Source: Octopus vulgaris (taxonomy: Eukaryota). From it: DNA of 64,000 bases. Each line of letters opens with the position of its first letter. Position 1 is the stretch's first letter. Under the pieces are notes generated by a model. That model was not told where the DNA came from. It worked only from the letters and a program-made list of their open reading frames with translations, and did not search any database. Position numbers and translations under genes: made by a program. This document shows, piece after piece, positions 30,040 to 42,908 of this stretch. The DNA is taken from NCBI GenBank assembly GCA_951406725.2, contig OX597831.1, positions 10,478,001 through 10,542,000 on the forward strand, written 5' to 3'.

Positions 30040-30397
30040 AATATAGAGAAAATTAAAAATATAGCATTTTATGACATAAATTATGTTTTCAGAAGTAAAA
30101 TTAGATTTGATCTTGAATTTCTGTCCCTCTTTGAAGAGGAATTCTGATCCTTCTAGCAGGTTTGGACATGTTGCACAGTTCGGTCTACCATATTTTTTTA
30201 CTTTCGCATCCGTAATTTCAGAAAACAATTTTGCCTTTGTGAGAATCTTTTTACGTGATTTAGGTTGTTTGTAGCTTTTAATGATTTGGTGTATGTTTAG
30301 AATTTCCTTTAATTTGGGGTCCTTATGAATTATTGGTAAATTCTGGGTGATGATGGTGAAGGCTTCTTTGTTTCTGGGGTTGTATGTGGATATGTAA
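30040..30397 (-). mobile_element. Penelope-like element ORF fragment (RT thumb, Cys linker, start of GIY-YIG)
   Basis: Reads YISTYNPRNKEAFTIITQNLPIIHKDPKLKEIL..IKSYKQPKSRKKILTKAKL..GRPNCATCPNL..FKIKSNFTSENIIYVIKC. Confidence 0.85.
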
Positions 30398-30608
30398 TTA
30401 TATATGATTCACAATCAAAGGTGCAGAAATGACCTGCACCGAATGAATAAAGCGAAGTAATTGTTTTTCTACTTGCCCTCTTTTTTGGGGTTTTTTTTTT
30501 GTGTTTCCAAACTTCTACTCTTGTCAAAATCTGTCCATGTTATTAATACATTACTTGTGGAATGTCCAAACATTTGTTTGATTTTTAATTTTCTCTATAT
30601 AACGTTTT

Positions 30609-30648
30609 AAGAAATTTGAAAAGCTGAACGCGAAACCGGTCATTTCTT
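30609..30648 (+). ncRNA. Hammerhead-like motif in a putative inverted pLTR beside the Penelope fragment
   Basis: aagaaat-TTGAAAA-gc tgaac gc-GAAAC-cg-GTC-atttctt. Perfect 7-bp stem I, palindromic stem III and GUC triplet, with two core substitutions. Confidence 0.6.
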
Positions 30649-30808
30649 CTATACTATGTCATTGTATGAAAAAAGTTTATAACATTCTTCAGACATATTG
30701 ACTCAAATATATATTTTTTAGCCTTTTAAAACAAGCCTCCTGTAGTTTTTTCACTTTTTACTATTTTCTATATATTCAAACACGTGCTTTCACATACCAA
30801 CTTTCTTA

Positions 30809-30859
<51 letters not shown>

Positions 30860-30861
<2 letters not shown>

Positions 30862-31278
30862 TTTACTTGTGTTAATAATTTTTCACTGCAGCCATAGTGG
30901 GGGCACCTCATTGAAGAGTCTTAGTCGAATAAATTGACATAGGGACTTATTTTTTCAAACTGGTAATTATTCTTGCGTCTATTTAACTGAAGCACTAAGC
31001 TACGAGGACGTAAACACAGGTTCACTGTGTGTCAAGCAGTGATGGTAGATAAACACAAACACAAAGAGACGAATACATTGATACATACATACGTGTATGT
31101 ATATATACACATATACATACATATATATATATATACACATATATATATATATATATATATCCATACATATACATCCTTACATATATACATATATATGTAT
31201 ATAGATATGCATAAAGCGTAAACAAAATGAAATGCGAAAATAAAGTTTGGTATGCTAACAACGAAAGAAACAAATGGA

Positions 31279-31312
<34 letters not shown>

Positions 31313-31455
31313 GACGGGTTTCTTTTAGTTTCTGTTTACCAAATCCATCCACAAGCCTTTGGTCAGCCCGAGCCTGTAGTAGACGACACTCGGCTAAGAC
31401 TCCGAACGCTGGCAATGAAACAGGGACCATGTCATTGAGATTTCCGCAGTCCCAC
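30860..31455 (-). mobile_element. SINE family B with expanded internal microsatellite
   Basis: Tail cttttacttgtg..., head acgacgggtttcttttagtttctgtttaccaaatcc.... Confidence 0.75.
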
Positions 31456-31782
31456 CCGATGTATGAATGCATGTATATTTGAATACATTTATTGATTTAA
31501 GGATATTTAAAGGCGTAGATGTGTTTTGCAAAATCATGTATATGTATATATAATATAACACCATGTATAATCATTATTATAAGTGCATCGTCATGTGATA
31601 TCGTAACTGATATCTATAATTAGATTTGCCTTACAGGTACATTTGCGTATCCATATAAAAGTACTTCTAAGGACATGTATGTATTTGCATGTCTCAATTT
31701 GCGAGTGTGCCTGTGTGTATGTATGTACTATGTATGTATACTTACGTATTTACACGTACGTATATATTTGTATGTATGTATG

Positions 31783-32152
<370 letters not shown>

Positions 32153-32191
32153 ACATATATGTATATGGATATATACACATATATGTATATA

Positions 32192-32260
<69 letters not shown>

Positions 32261-32634
32261 GTATGTATATATACAAAGAAATAGATAGATAGATTTCCTA
32301 AAATTTCTGCCGTTACAAACAATTAAGTAAACCAAGTTTGACATTTGGTTAGAGATTAAGAGATTCCAAGTGAATTAAATTCCAGCTTCTACACAAGAAC
32401 ATAGCAGACGGGAAATGGGTTTGGAGGATTATATTGATACATACGTAAATGCATGCAAAGATACGTTTATCATTTAAATATGAGCATGTCTAGATATACA
32501 ACTATATGCATGAGAATACATAGAGAAAACATACAAATTTGCACATACATACATACATACATACATACATACATACATACATACATACATACATACATAC
32601 ATACATACATACATACATACATACATACATACAT

Positions 32635-32752
32635 TAAAACAAAAATCCTCCATTCTTGATGTTGAAATTCCAATGAAAAAAGGCTTGGATGAAGGCCAGA
32701 AACCGGTTCTCCATCCACAGGCAAGAAATCTTGAAATAAACTGAATAATGAT
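32635..32752 (+). mobile_element. ~115-bp element attached to (CATA)n; second copy at 46357-46468 (minus)
   Basis: gttgaaattcca...agaaaccggttct...aaatcttgaaataaactgaataatga is present in both copies. Confidence 0.75.
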
Positions 32753-34023
32753 TTATATGTAGATGCTTGCGTGTGTTTGCGTGTGAGTGTTTCTATGCGT
32801 CTATGCGCACGCAAATATATTGTGAAAAATAGATGCAAAAATTATTTGTATATGTTTCTTACATATTGGCCTTTATACATGTTACATGTTGCACAATTAC
32901 AGATACATACAACAAAAATATAACGCACCTATCATTTTTATATGCATGCACCAACACATATGAGAGCGAATAAACTATGTTGTACATGGAAATGCTAACA
33001 CATGCGGTAACACCGCCAGAACCTGTCTGAAGACCAGTCGGACAATAAGACCGAGATAAAGACAGAGTCAGAAGGCTTACGACTGCATTATTCAGTTTCT
33101 TTCACTGCTCCTGAAACGCCAACAAATTGATATATGGCGCCTTTCGTGATACAGGAAGGCAGTCAGTAGCGGCTGTATATGATGCAATGTAATGCGACAA
33201 GAAATGATGCGGAAGAATGTATACCACCAGTGGCTTAGCTGTCTAGTTGATGGCCATTACTCAGACCAAACTACATGAGTAGACGAGATATATCGCCTCC
33301 AATACCTAGGGAAAAAGGGAAGGCTTTTCACCGGTATGAGTAATAGTCACCCAAATGAATGAAACTTTGTAACATGCAGTAGAAGCTGTACGAAGGTAAA
33401 ACCGCCTTCAACGTATCGTATTTAATTTTAATAAATAGTTGAAATAATTTATTCAGGCATTCGTGCAATATATATGCATGTTCGTCCGATATGTATCGAG
33501 TTTTTAAACAGAGTACATCCATCCATAAGAGATTTTATCTCTGAACGACTACAGTAGTTCCCTGTCTCTTTCATTTTCTCACTTTCTATCTCTCTCCTTC
33601 CCTCCCCCACTTTCTCTCTTTCTCTCTCTCTCACACACATTTCTTCTCTGTAACTTACTCTCTCTATTTATATATACAAGCGGGTATATATGTACATATA
33701 CACGTATACACATGTATAAGTACGTTTATGTAAGTACATATGAATAAATACGTAAGTATGTATATGCATATATACAAATGCATGTATGCATGCGTGTATA
33801 TATATGCATGATTTCACACTCAGAGATCACATCGTACAAATATCCTAGAAATATGGTTACCTCTTATTCCTCTCTGTTCCTCCCATTCTCATTTCTAGAC
33901 AACTACTTCCCTTATCTACTTATACAACATCTAATTCTCATTCACTTTACTCCACCTACCAAAGAACAACCTGCCAAATGATATTTACATATACAGCTAT
34001 GAAAGAAAATAACAGATAAACTA

Positions 34024-34065
34024 CAGTCTGATGAAGTCGAGCACACCGAAACTTCGAATTTACTA
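34024..34065 (+). ncRNA. Degenerate hammerhead-like motif
   Basis: agt-CTGATGA-agtcgagcacacc-GAAAC-ttcgaa-TTT-act. Canonical core with mismatched stems; (TA)n lies ~110 nt downstream. Confidence 0.45.
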
Positions 34066-34166
34066 TCAAGCATTTCTTTGTACAACATAATTTATTCGCT
34101 CAAATATGTGTGTTGGTTCAGGCATATAAAAACGAAACTATGAATATATGTGCATTTGTACGTGCT

Positions 34167-34223
<57 letters not shown>

Positions 34224-34769
34224 ATATATATATATATGTATATGTATATGTATATCCCAGCTGAAAGTTTCATGTGTTGCTTAAATTAATTGTGATTGTC
34301 TGAATACCGTAAAAAATCTGCCGTTAAAAAAGTCACACGCATTTCTCTTATGAATATAAAATGTAAACAACCCGTTTTTGAAAATCATTCTTGCAAAAGC
34401 GAGTCAATGCACAATCTCACTCACGTCTGTTAGCTTCATAAAAAATTCAGAACTTTTACTTGAAATGTTTTTATTATATTTTTCAATTATTACGATGTTT
34501 AGAAAAAAAAAAGTCATTATACCGAGTTGAGTTTGTATCTTGTTTTCATAGATGTTCTCTCGTTCTCTTTCTTCATTTGTGTCTTTTTATTCGTTTTCCT
34601 CCCCTTCATCCACCACCTGCCGTTACCTCTTCTTTTTCTTTCTCAACCACTCCAATACCACGAATGTAATAATAATAATAATAATAATAAGATAAGGATA
34701 ATAAGCTAAATAATAATGATAATAATAATAATTGTCATTATTATTATCGTTATTATTGTTGTTGTTGTT

Positions 34770-34815
<46 letters not shown>

Positions 34816-35137
34816 CTCTACCCACGCAAATATTGCTCTGTCAATATGAGTTTACGTTGTTTGGCCGTCTTGTTATGCATATTTCCCTGGGTTTTTTCCC
34901 CCTTTCTATTGTCTGCAACGGAATCGAACTCCATTTCTAGGGATTGGTCATTTCGTATGTGTTTCTGTGCGGGTATGTGTGTGTGAATGTGTGAGTGTGT
35001 GTGTGTTTCTTTGCGCGCGCATGCATATGTGAGTGGGTGTTATTTACCCGAATGGGGCCGCACACTCAAGAGTGAACGAAACAAAATTTATGTAAGACAT
35101 ATGAACACATCGTTTATTTTCGTAGCTATTTCAAGAA

Positions 35138-35185
<48 letters not shown>

Positions 35186-35664
35186 CAGACAGACAGAGAC
35201 AGAGAGAATGGGTGAGAGAGAAAGGAAGGGAATTTAGTGTAAAGAAATATAACAGCGATAAACTGCAATAGCAGAATATATCTTATTCACTGCATTCATT
35301 GTGAAATATTTTGTCCCTTTTACAGCCAGCAAAAAAAAAAGAAGACCCTGTCATCATTAGAAAAAGTATACTATGAGGAACGGCAATCTGCTGGACACTA
35401 AAAACCAGCAAAAATAAACAAGGTACAAGCGGTCAACCAAATGCAATAATAGAACCACATTCAGATCAACGAAACCAACAAAGGAAGCCCTTCCGTCACC
35501 ACAGCATTCCCTGTGTGCATGGGTGTCACTATACCCATAAAGAGTAACAATGCTATCACTAACAATAATAACAGTGAGATTTGTTATAGCAAATTAACTG
35601 AAAGGGCTAGGGTAGGTTTGTTAACGGTAGCATACAGTCATGAGCGCACAGCGATACAGAAAGT

Positions 35665-36027
35665 AATAGTTGGCTGTGTGATAAGAATCTTGCTTCCCAA
35701 CCACATGGCTTCGGGTTCGATTCCACTGTGGGAAACATTGGACGTCTGTCTTCTCTGTCCTTGTGAGGGGATTTGGTACACGGGAATTGGAAGACATTCG
35801 TCGTATATATATACGTCTATGAGTTTGTGTGTGTGTATGTGTTTCTTTGTATTTGTCTGCCACCACATCTTGGAAACAAACGCCGGTTGTCAAGCAGTCT
35901 AAAAAAATCCGATAGAATAAGTACTAGGCTTAAAGTAAATAAGACCTGTGGTCGATTTGTTCGACTATATCCCTTCGAGGCGGTGCCTCACCATGACTAC
36001 AGACAAATGACTGAAACAAAAGAATAA
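35665..36027 (+). mobile_element. SINE family B
   Basis: tggctgtgtgataagaatcttgcttcccaaccacatggcttcgggttcgattccactg...aatgactgaaacaaaagaa. Confidence 0.85.
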
Positions 36028-36029
36028 TG

Positions 36030-36081
<52 letters not shown>

Positions 36082-37074
36082 AACGAAGTTTGAAAGAGCA
36101 CAGAAAATATATTGAAATTAATTAAAATCTAATTATATCTTAAAATACAGGAACACATTTTACCTGTGTGTACATTAGCTTTTCAAAAGTATATAACATA
36201 TGAAGCTCTGTCGCGCGTTTTCTCTGTTCCAATTATTTTTTTATTACGTGTATTACAGTCATGTGACAATCGTACGAGGAGGTCACAAAAGCTTTTCTTC
36301 AGTGAATATGTCATATGACATTTACAGCCAAGAGATATGAATAAATGATATAATAACTGTTTACATGAAACTGTGGGAGATAATTATTGCTTAATATTGT
36401 GTGGAAGAGAAGTGCTATCAATGAGCACTGAAACTTTAATTATTCTTGTTCATATAGATCGAAGCATATTTGGCATTGATTTATGTATATATCTATTTGT
36501 AATTACCACTTTTTAACATATGAAAAGCGTGGCTAATAGCAGAGTAGGTTGAGCAGTATAGGATCGTTCAGTATTCAGTCGTTTCTCTTTATAGTGTCTG
36601 GTTTCAATTCTTCGCGAGGTCGGCTGTATGTTTTCATATTATGAGATTGTTTCCTTAAGTACGCAAGTATAATGCGACCATCAAAGTTAGTTGCTGTTTA
36701 TTTTTTTTAATAATAGGTTATTTTGTAACTGAGTCAGTTGAATGTCGGAGAAATACGCTACAATCGCCGCTCAATCGACTTTCCTTCAACTTCAGCGTTT
36801 GTCATAAAAATCAAGCATAAATCTGGCATGGATTCCATTAAATAAATTCGTGAGTTGAAAGGTGAAAGGTGTGAAACCGGTAGGAACGTTACAATACACA
36901 ACACCTTTGTAATATATTCCGGTTCGAATCAGAGCTAGATCTACTTTAACTTTCTCCGGAGGTCATTCTCCGGAGGTCTATAAAATAAAGTACCTGTTAC
37001 ATACAGAAGTCGATACTTTCATCCCAGTCTCTCATTCTCTTTCATTCTCGGAGTAGAAAGAACATGTTCTTCTT

Positions 37075-37288
37075 TTTATCTTTTCTTTTTAATTTGTGTC
37101 ACACATCTGACAGCGGTCATATTGGAGCACAGCCATGGAATGTTTTAGTCGAACAAATCGACCGTAGGCTTTATATGTTTTTAGGATAGTACTTATTCCA
37201 CCCGGGACAAACATAGACATAAAAACACACACACACACACACATCCGCAAATAGACTCACATGTTCACACACACACACACACACACGC

Positions 37289-37359
<71 letters not shown>

Positions 37360-37665
37360 TTCAGCAAAATTTACATTCGGATGAAAATGGTACTTAAGTT
37401 AAAGGCACCAGAATTTTGTATGGTATTATCCATATAAATCAAATGGATATCTTTGTATCTTTGTTGCTAATTTTGATTATATATATATATATATATATAT
37501 ACGACGGGCTTCTTTTAGTTTTCTTCTACCAAATTCACTTACATGGAATTGGTCAGCACAAGACTATAGTAGAAGACCCCTGCCCAAGATGCCACGCAGT
37601 GGCATTGAACCCACGGCCTTATGGTTGGGAAGAATGCTTCTTCTAGCACAGCCACGCTGCGCCTA
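37075..37665 (-). mobile_element. SINE family B interrupted by a ~140-bp insert (37337-37478) in its internal (TA)n
   Basis: Tail and head halves flank (TA)n-insert-(TA)n. The insert is homologous to 50316-50420. Confidence 0.75.
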
Positions 37666-37719
37666 TGAAGTCGCGGCGCGCCTGTTGGATACGTTTTAAA
37701 AATTAGCCGCTGTTACAAG

Positions 37720-38150
37720 GTGCAGATATGACTATGTGGGTAAAAAGCCCCATTTCTAACCACGTATATTTCATGTTCAGTCCCATTGCACGGCACATCG
37801 AGCGAGAGTCTTCTACAACAGAGTCGAATCGACCAGGGCCATTTGCGTGAATTTGGTAAAAGGAAAATGTCTGGAAACGCGCTGTACATGTGTGTGCGTG
37901 TGCGTGTGTGTGTGAGTGAGTGAGTGTCCACGCTTGGGTCTTTGTATTTGTTTTGTCCCTTACTATTGCTTGACAACCAGTGTAGGTTTGTTTACGTCTC
38001 CGTATTGTAGCAGTTCAGCAAAAGAGAGCGATGCAATAATTACCAGATCTAAACACGATAAATACGTACTCAGGTCGATCTGTTCGACTAAAGCTGGCAA
38101 CAAGCTGCCCCAGAATGGCCGCAGTTCAATGACGAAAGAATTAAGAAATA
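37720..38150 (+). mobile_element. SINE family B, head-to-head with the previous copy
   Basis: gcagatatgactatgtgggtaaaaag..gttcagtcccattgcacggcac...atggccgcagttcaatgac. Confidence 0.7.
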
Positions 38151-40370
38151 AAGAATTATTACAGTTCTGTATTTAAGAGATGAGGAATCGTGTAAATTGT
38201 TTGCATTATTTGAAATATTTACAGTTATATATCAACCGAAAAGTTTGGGTTAACAACAAACAAGATGAGGACAAATATCCGCAAATGTAAATAATGTAAA
38301 AGCTTATTAATCACACACAAATTGTTTAGCTGACAGAATCATTAAAGCCTCAGAATAAAATATTTTGCCTTATTTGTTCTCACTTTCTTTATTCTGACTT
38401 TATATTCTGATGAGGTCAAATTTACCTTTCATCCCTACCGGGTTGATAAAACACAGTACCAGTAAAAAAACTTGGTTCCAATGTATCGATTAGAACCTTC
38501 CCACCAATTTGAAACCTTACGCCATTGTTAGAAACAATCATTATTTACACCTAATTGCATTTGGTTGATGTTAGAATCAGTAAATGTGGCAGAATAATAC
38601 TCGTATTATTTGATGGTCTCCTTTCATGTTGCTAACACAAAGCCCACCAGATCCGATTTTTTACCTTTTATCGTTTCGGAATCAAACAAATTTATATCAA
38701 TTCAGTAATGGGGTACATCTAAACCAACATACCCTTCAGACCAAAATTCCTTGCTTCGTGCCAATGTTAGAAATCTTTATTATCTCTCTTTATGTGAATA
38801 ACTCTTTCATCTCGTTCCGACTGATGTATTTTCAAAAACACTCTCTATATAAACAACTTTATTTAATAATTCTCCCATACTATTTTCTCTACACTTTAAT
38901 TGTATCCTTTCATTGTTTGCATTAATTTGTCATTTAAATTTCGCTCCCGATAATGTTTTTTTTTTTCATCCTTTCTTCCATAATGTTCTACTAATTTTAA
39001 ACATTTCATCAAACAGAATTTTATATATTCTAATAAAACCGTATGATCATTTTGTTGGTGAATTTTAATCCTCTCTCTATATCTATATTTACTTTTCATT
39101 CAAATCATGAACTCCCCATTGTCGATTTTCTATATAATGTTAAATGTCTTCGACTGGTATATTCTTTCTGCATGACAAATACGTTGATTATATAAATGGT
39201 GTTATTTTCATATTTGCTTTGTTAGGGTAATTTTAGTCTATGTATTTATTTCTTAATTTATTTATTTCACTTTACCTACATCGAAGTTAGCTACCCTCTT
39301 AACGTTACTTAAAACATGGAGGAATCTTATTATTATTAATGTATTCTAACCAAACGCATGCATTTTCTTTGGTACAGTTTCGCTCCAATGTGATTCTTTT
39401 TCTCCGGTTTCTACTCCTTGAATAACAAACAGATGCACATATTTTCGAATTCTATCACTCCCAAAACCCGGCACCTTTTATGCTTGTTCTTCATCTGCGG
39501 TTTCTGTTATTCATTTCTGAATGAACGCGTGAATCGGCTACTGGAATCTTTTTGGATAAATACCGCTTCATTGCACCACTATTATTTACCGTTAAATATT
39601 TTCTTGCTTTCCATTTCATTTTCTCGTCTGTTTCTCCATTCAACACTTGTCTTTATTATGGTGTTTAAAGAAACAATTATGGTGTTTCTATCTCTGTTGC
39701 GAACAATTCCATTTCGGTTGTATTTATTTATATTTTAGCCAGTCTGTTATTGATCGAGGTGTATTCAAATTCATTTAAATTAATAGCAGACGATCTATCA
39801 GTACGCATGTCACCATTGCACAAGTTTAATTTAATTATGATAATCTTTCGTTATGATAAATCTAACGAATGTGTTTATCGAAGGAAGCGCCTAACGCAAG
39901 TAATTGTTTAGGTGTTCTTTGTTGCAGCTCAATTTCTTGTTTGTTACGAAACATCAAAGACACAGACATACGCCTCTGGTGAGCAGCGAGTAATTATTGC
40001 ATCTATCTTTTCATACTGCCTCGTTTCACTTAATCGTATATTAAATATTTGCTAAATGAAAACGACAAATTTTCCATCCAACTATAACTGAGACTCTGTC
40101 CCAGTAGAAACATCAACCAATTCATCATGGAATCACACCCAGTCGTCTTTAGAAGATAATTGAAGTCACACTTTTGCATAGAAAAAGGCAAGGTTAATTA
40201 CAGTTCTAAAACGTTTCATAATAGGTCGCTGCAACCAAGGGTGACCTGAGACTGACAAACACCAGTTTATCCTCTCCTTCTCCTCCTCCTCCTCCTCATC
40301 ATCATCATCATCATCATTCTCATTTTTTTTGTTGTTGTTGTTGTTGTTATTATTATTATTTATTTTTTTT

Positions 40371-40568
40371 ATAGCGTGCTTTCACTTCACTACCGAGCGC
40401 AGCTCTGTGTGCCTTGGGTATGTGCTGTGATTTGTTATGATGCTCTGATGGTTATTGTATGGAAAGTGTTCTGCGTAGGATGTGTGCAGTGCCTAGTAGT
40501 GCAATTTTCAGTATGTTATATGTGTTTGTAAGTCCTGGTGTTTTTGTTATGTATTTGTCCGAATATTT
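40371..40568 (-). mobile_element. Dong/R4-type 3' end inserted in (TAA)n
   Basis: Reads KYSDKYITKTPGLTNTYNILKIALLGTAHILRRTLSIQ* plus a 3' UTR. Near-identical to 49043-49260. Confidence 0.85.
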
Positions 40569-40594
40569 AAAAACAATTTTTTTATTATTATTAA

Positions 40595-40649
<55 letters not shown>

Positions 40650-40654
40650 TTGTT

Positions 40655-40985
40655 TCATTTCTCAGATCATTCGGTCTTGTTTATTCTGGTAGATTCTGTG
40701 AGAGCGGACAGCAACCTGCCGTCGGAAGTCTCACAGGGTCTTTCCTGCACATAGTAAGCTTTAATAATTAGCTCTTAATTATCGTGGAAGGCATTCAACT
40801 TACAAGTACCTATATTAAAATTATAGCTGTCCCCAGCAGAGCTATTTCTGGGGCTTGCTCTGCTTTCATGTCAACACCGATTTCTTTGACATATTTCTCG
40901 AACTTGATTGTTAGTCCTCCTAGTGCCCCCCCACCACACAAATACTGGAATGACGGACACTTTCCTCACAGTCCATATTTTGCCT
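40655..40985 (-). mobile_element. Second, distinct Dong/R4-type 3' end
   Basis: Reads KIWTVRKVSVIPV..GALGGLTIKFEKYVKEIGVDMKAEQAPEIALLGTAIIL. The 3' UTR runs into (TAA)n. Confidence 0.8.
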
Positions 40986-41216
40986 TTTAGTAATATGTAC
41001 ATATACAAAATATGGGGGTTTAATTCACAGGTGATATAAACGACTAGGTGTGCTAGTATGTGCTGTAACGCATTACTAGGGCTGCAAAGTTATAGCCGAG
41101 ACGGTAGTATTTCCGATATAGCAAATATATAATGGATAAAGCGGACAACAAACGTTAAGGCAAAGCAAATCTCTCAAGTCATATACATTACTGTTATTCG
41201 AAAAAAGTAATTCAAA

Positions 41217-41272
41217 GCCTTACAGCTGTTTCTGGGATTTCCCGGGGAATGGGATATTCTGCCATCGGAGAC
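41217..41272 (-). ncRNA. Hammerhead-like motif, same family as 1470
   Basis: gtct-CCGATGG-...ccca-GAAAC-agct-GTA-aggc. Stem I is gtct/aggc. Confidence 0.5.
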
Positions 41273-41452
41273 AAATAGGGAAAATGAGAATGGGATAGAT
41301 TAATGAAATGATGACATAGAGGGCAAACGAGAAGGAAGAAGGAAATGAAGAAAGGGAAGAAAAAAGAGGCAAAAAAGTTCACAGCTGAACTTTCCAGTCG
41401 TGTAGAAGTAACTCCGTAAGTTCTAGTACGTACATATTTTCATATGTATGCT

Positions 41453-41496
<44 letters not shown>

Positions 41497-41499
41497 AGT

Positions 41500-41530
<31 letters not shown>

Positions 41531-41572
41531 TATATATATATATATATATATTGTATACATATATATATATAT

Positions 41573-41748
41573 ATAATTTACAAGATAAGGGCAGAAGAAA
41601 AATCCTAATGCCAGATACACCGAAAACAAAAACCCTTCTGCCTTTATCTTGTAAATTATGTATAAATTTGACCTTTAAAGGCATTTTTTGATATGCTGGA
41701 CATTGATAAAATTTTTTTCCCGAAAAAATTTTTATCCTATATCAATTA
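41573..41748. mobile_element. (TA)n-bracketed asymmetric fold-back, 25-bp arms
   Basis: ataatttacaagataagggcagaag (41573-41597) pairs with cttctgcctttatcttgtaaattat (41635-41659), then a unique tail runs to (TA)n. Confidence 0.75.
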
Positions 41749-41757
41749 TATATATAA

Positions 41758-41827
<70 letters not shown>

Positions 41828-42561
41828 GTAAAAAGGGGGGAAGGAGATAGTGAGAGATAGATAGATTGATAGATACATATATATATGTATAGAGAGAGAG
41901 GGGGAAAGTTGAGCAGACCGGAGTTAATGAATTGATGAATTGTAAAATGCCAAATCATTGATTAAGAAAATATTTTGTAAAACAAGATTCAGTAAAACCA
42001 ACAAGATGGGATTACCAGTTCTGAGATGTGCTGAGTAAGTAGTGTTATACATAGCATCAGCAAATATTTGCATTCATTTGGAATTCTATTCGTATTTGAA
42101 TCGTATGTTTTGTTTTTGCAGTATTCCAAAACTTCTCAGCCGTATTTAATTTTGGATTTTAGATGAATAAAATAAATAAATAAATACTTTACGGTTGAGT
42201 GCTTTTCAGTGCAAACTGGTAAGAACTGGGTTGTTAAATATAGAATGATTTGCATGGTTTGTCTTCTGAGTCTCTGTGTAATTCCTTTAGCAGCCTTTTA
42301 AGATTTTAAAGCTACCTTATTGGTGGTATTGAGGCAGAAACAAATAGATGTTGCTAAGCAGATCAGAGAAACTAGACATGATTATAATTGACATAGGAAT
42401 AAGTTTCAGTATTTTGCGATTGGTATGTAAGAAGAATGCAGAGCTACAAAGAAGTTATTCTCTATTGAAATATTTCGGTCATTCGTGATCAGATTTTCAT
42501 GTTATTGTTATATGAATTGATCTTGAGTCTTTTCCATATACACCCCCCACACACATATACT

Positions 42562-42626
<65 letters not shown>

Positions 42627-42689
42627 GCATATATATATACACACATTTTTGTAAATATGAAGTTTGTATTAAGTATACGCTAAATACTG

Positions 42690-42908
42690 GTTTCAAATTT
42701 TAGTACAAGGTCATTAGTTTCGAGGCAGGATGTAAGTCGATTACAGCGACTCCAGTGTTCAACTAGTACTAATAAAATCACTCCCCCACCCAAAGAATGA
42801 AAGACAAAGTCAACCTGAGTGATATTTGATCTCAGAACTTAACGAAGGACAAAATGCCGCTAAGCATTTTTCCCGAAGTGCTAACAAATCTGCCAACTCG
42901 CTGCCTTA
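42690..42908 (-). mobile_element. SINE family A
   Basis: gaatgaaagacaaagtcaacc...ccgctaagcattt...tctgccaactcgctgcc. Confidence 0.8.

Noticed and set aside
33022-33066. CTGAAGA...ccGAGA hammerhead candidate
   Set aside because: GAAA and the cleavage triplet are absent, and the stems are weak.
33081-33110. Minus-strand 30-nt exon candidate
   Set aside because: Stop codons in all three frames.
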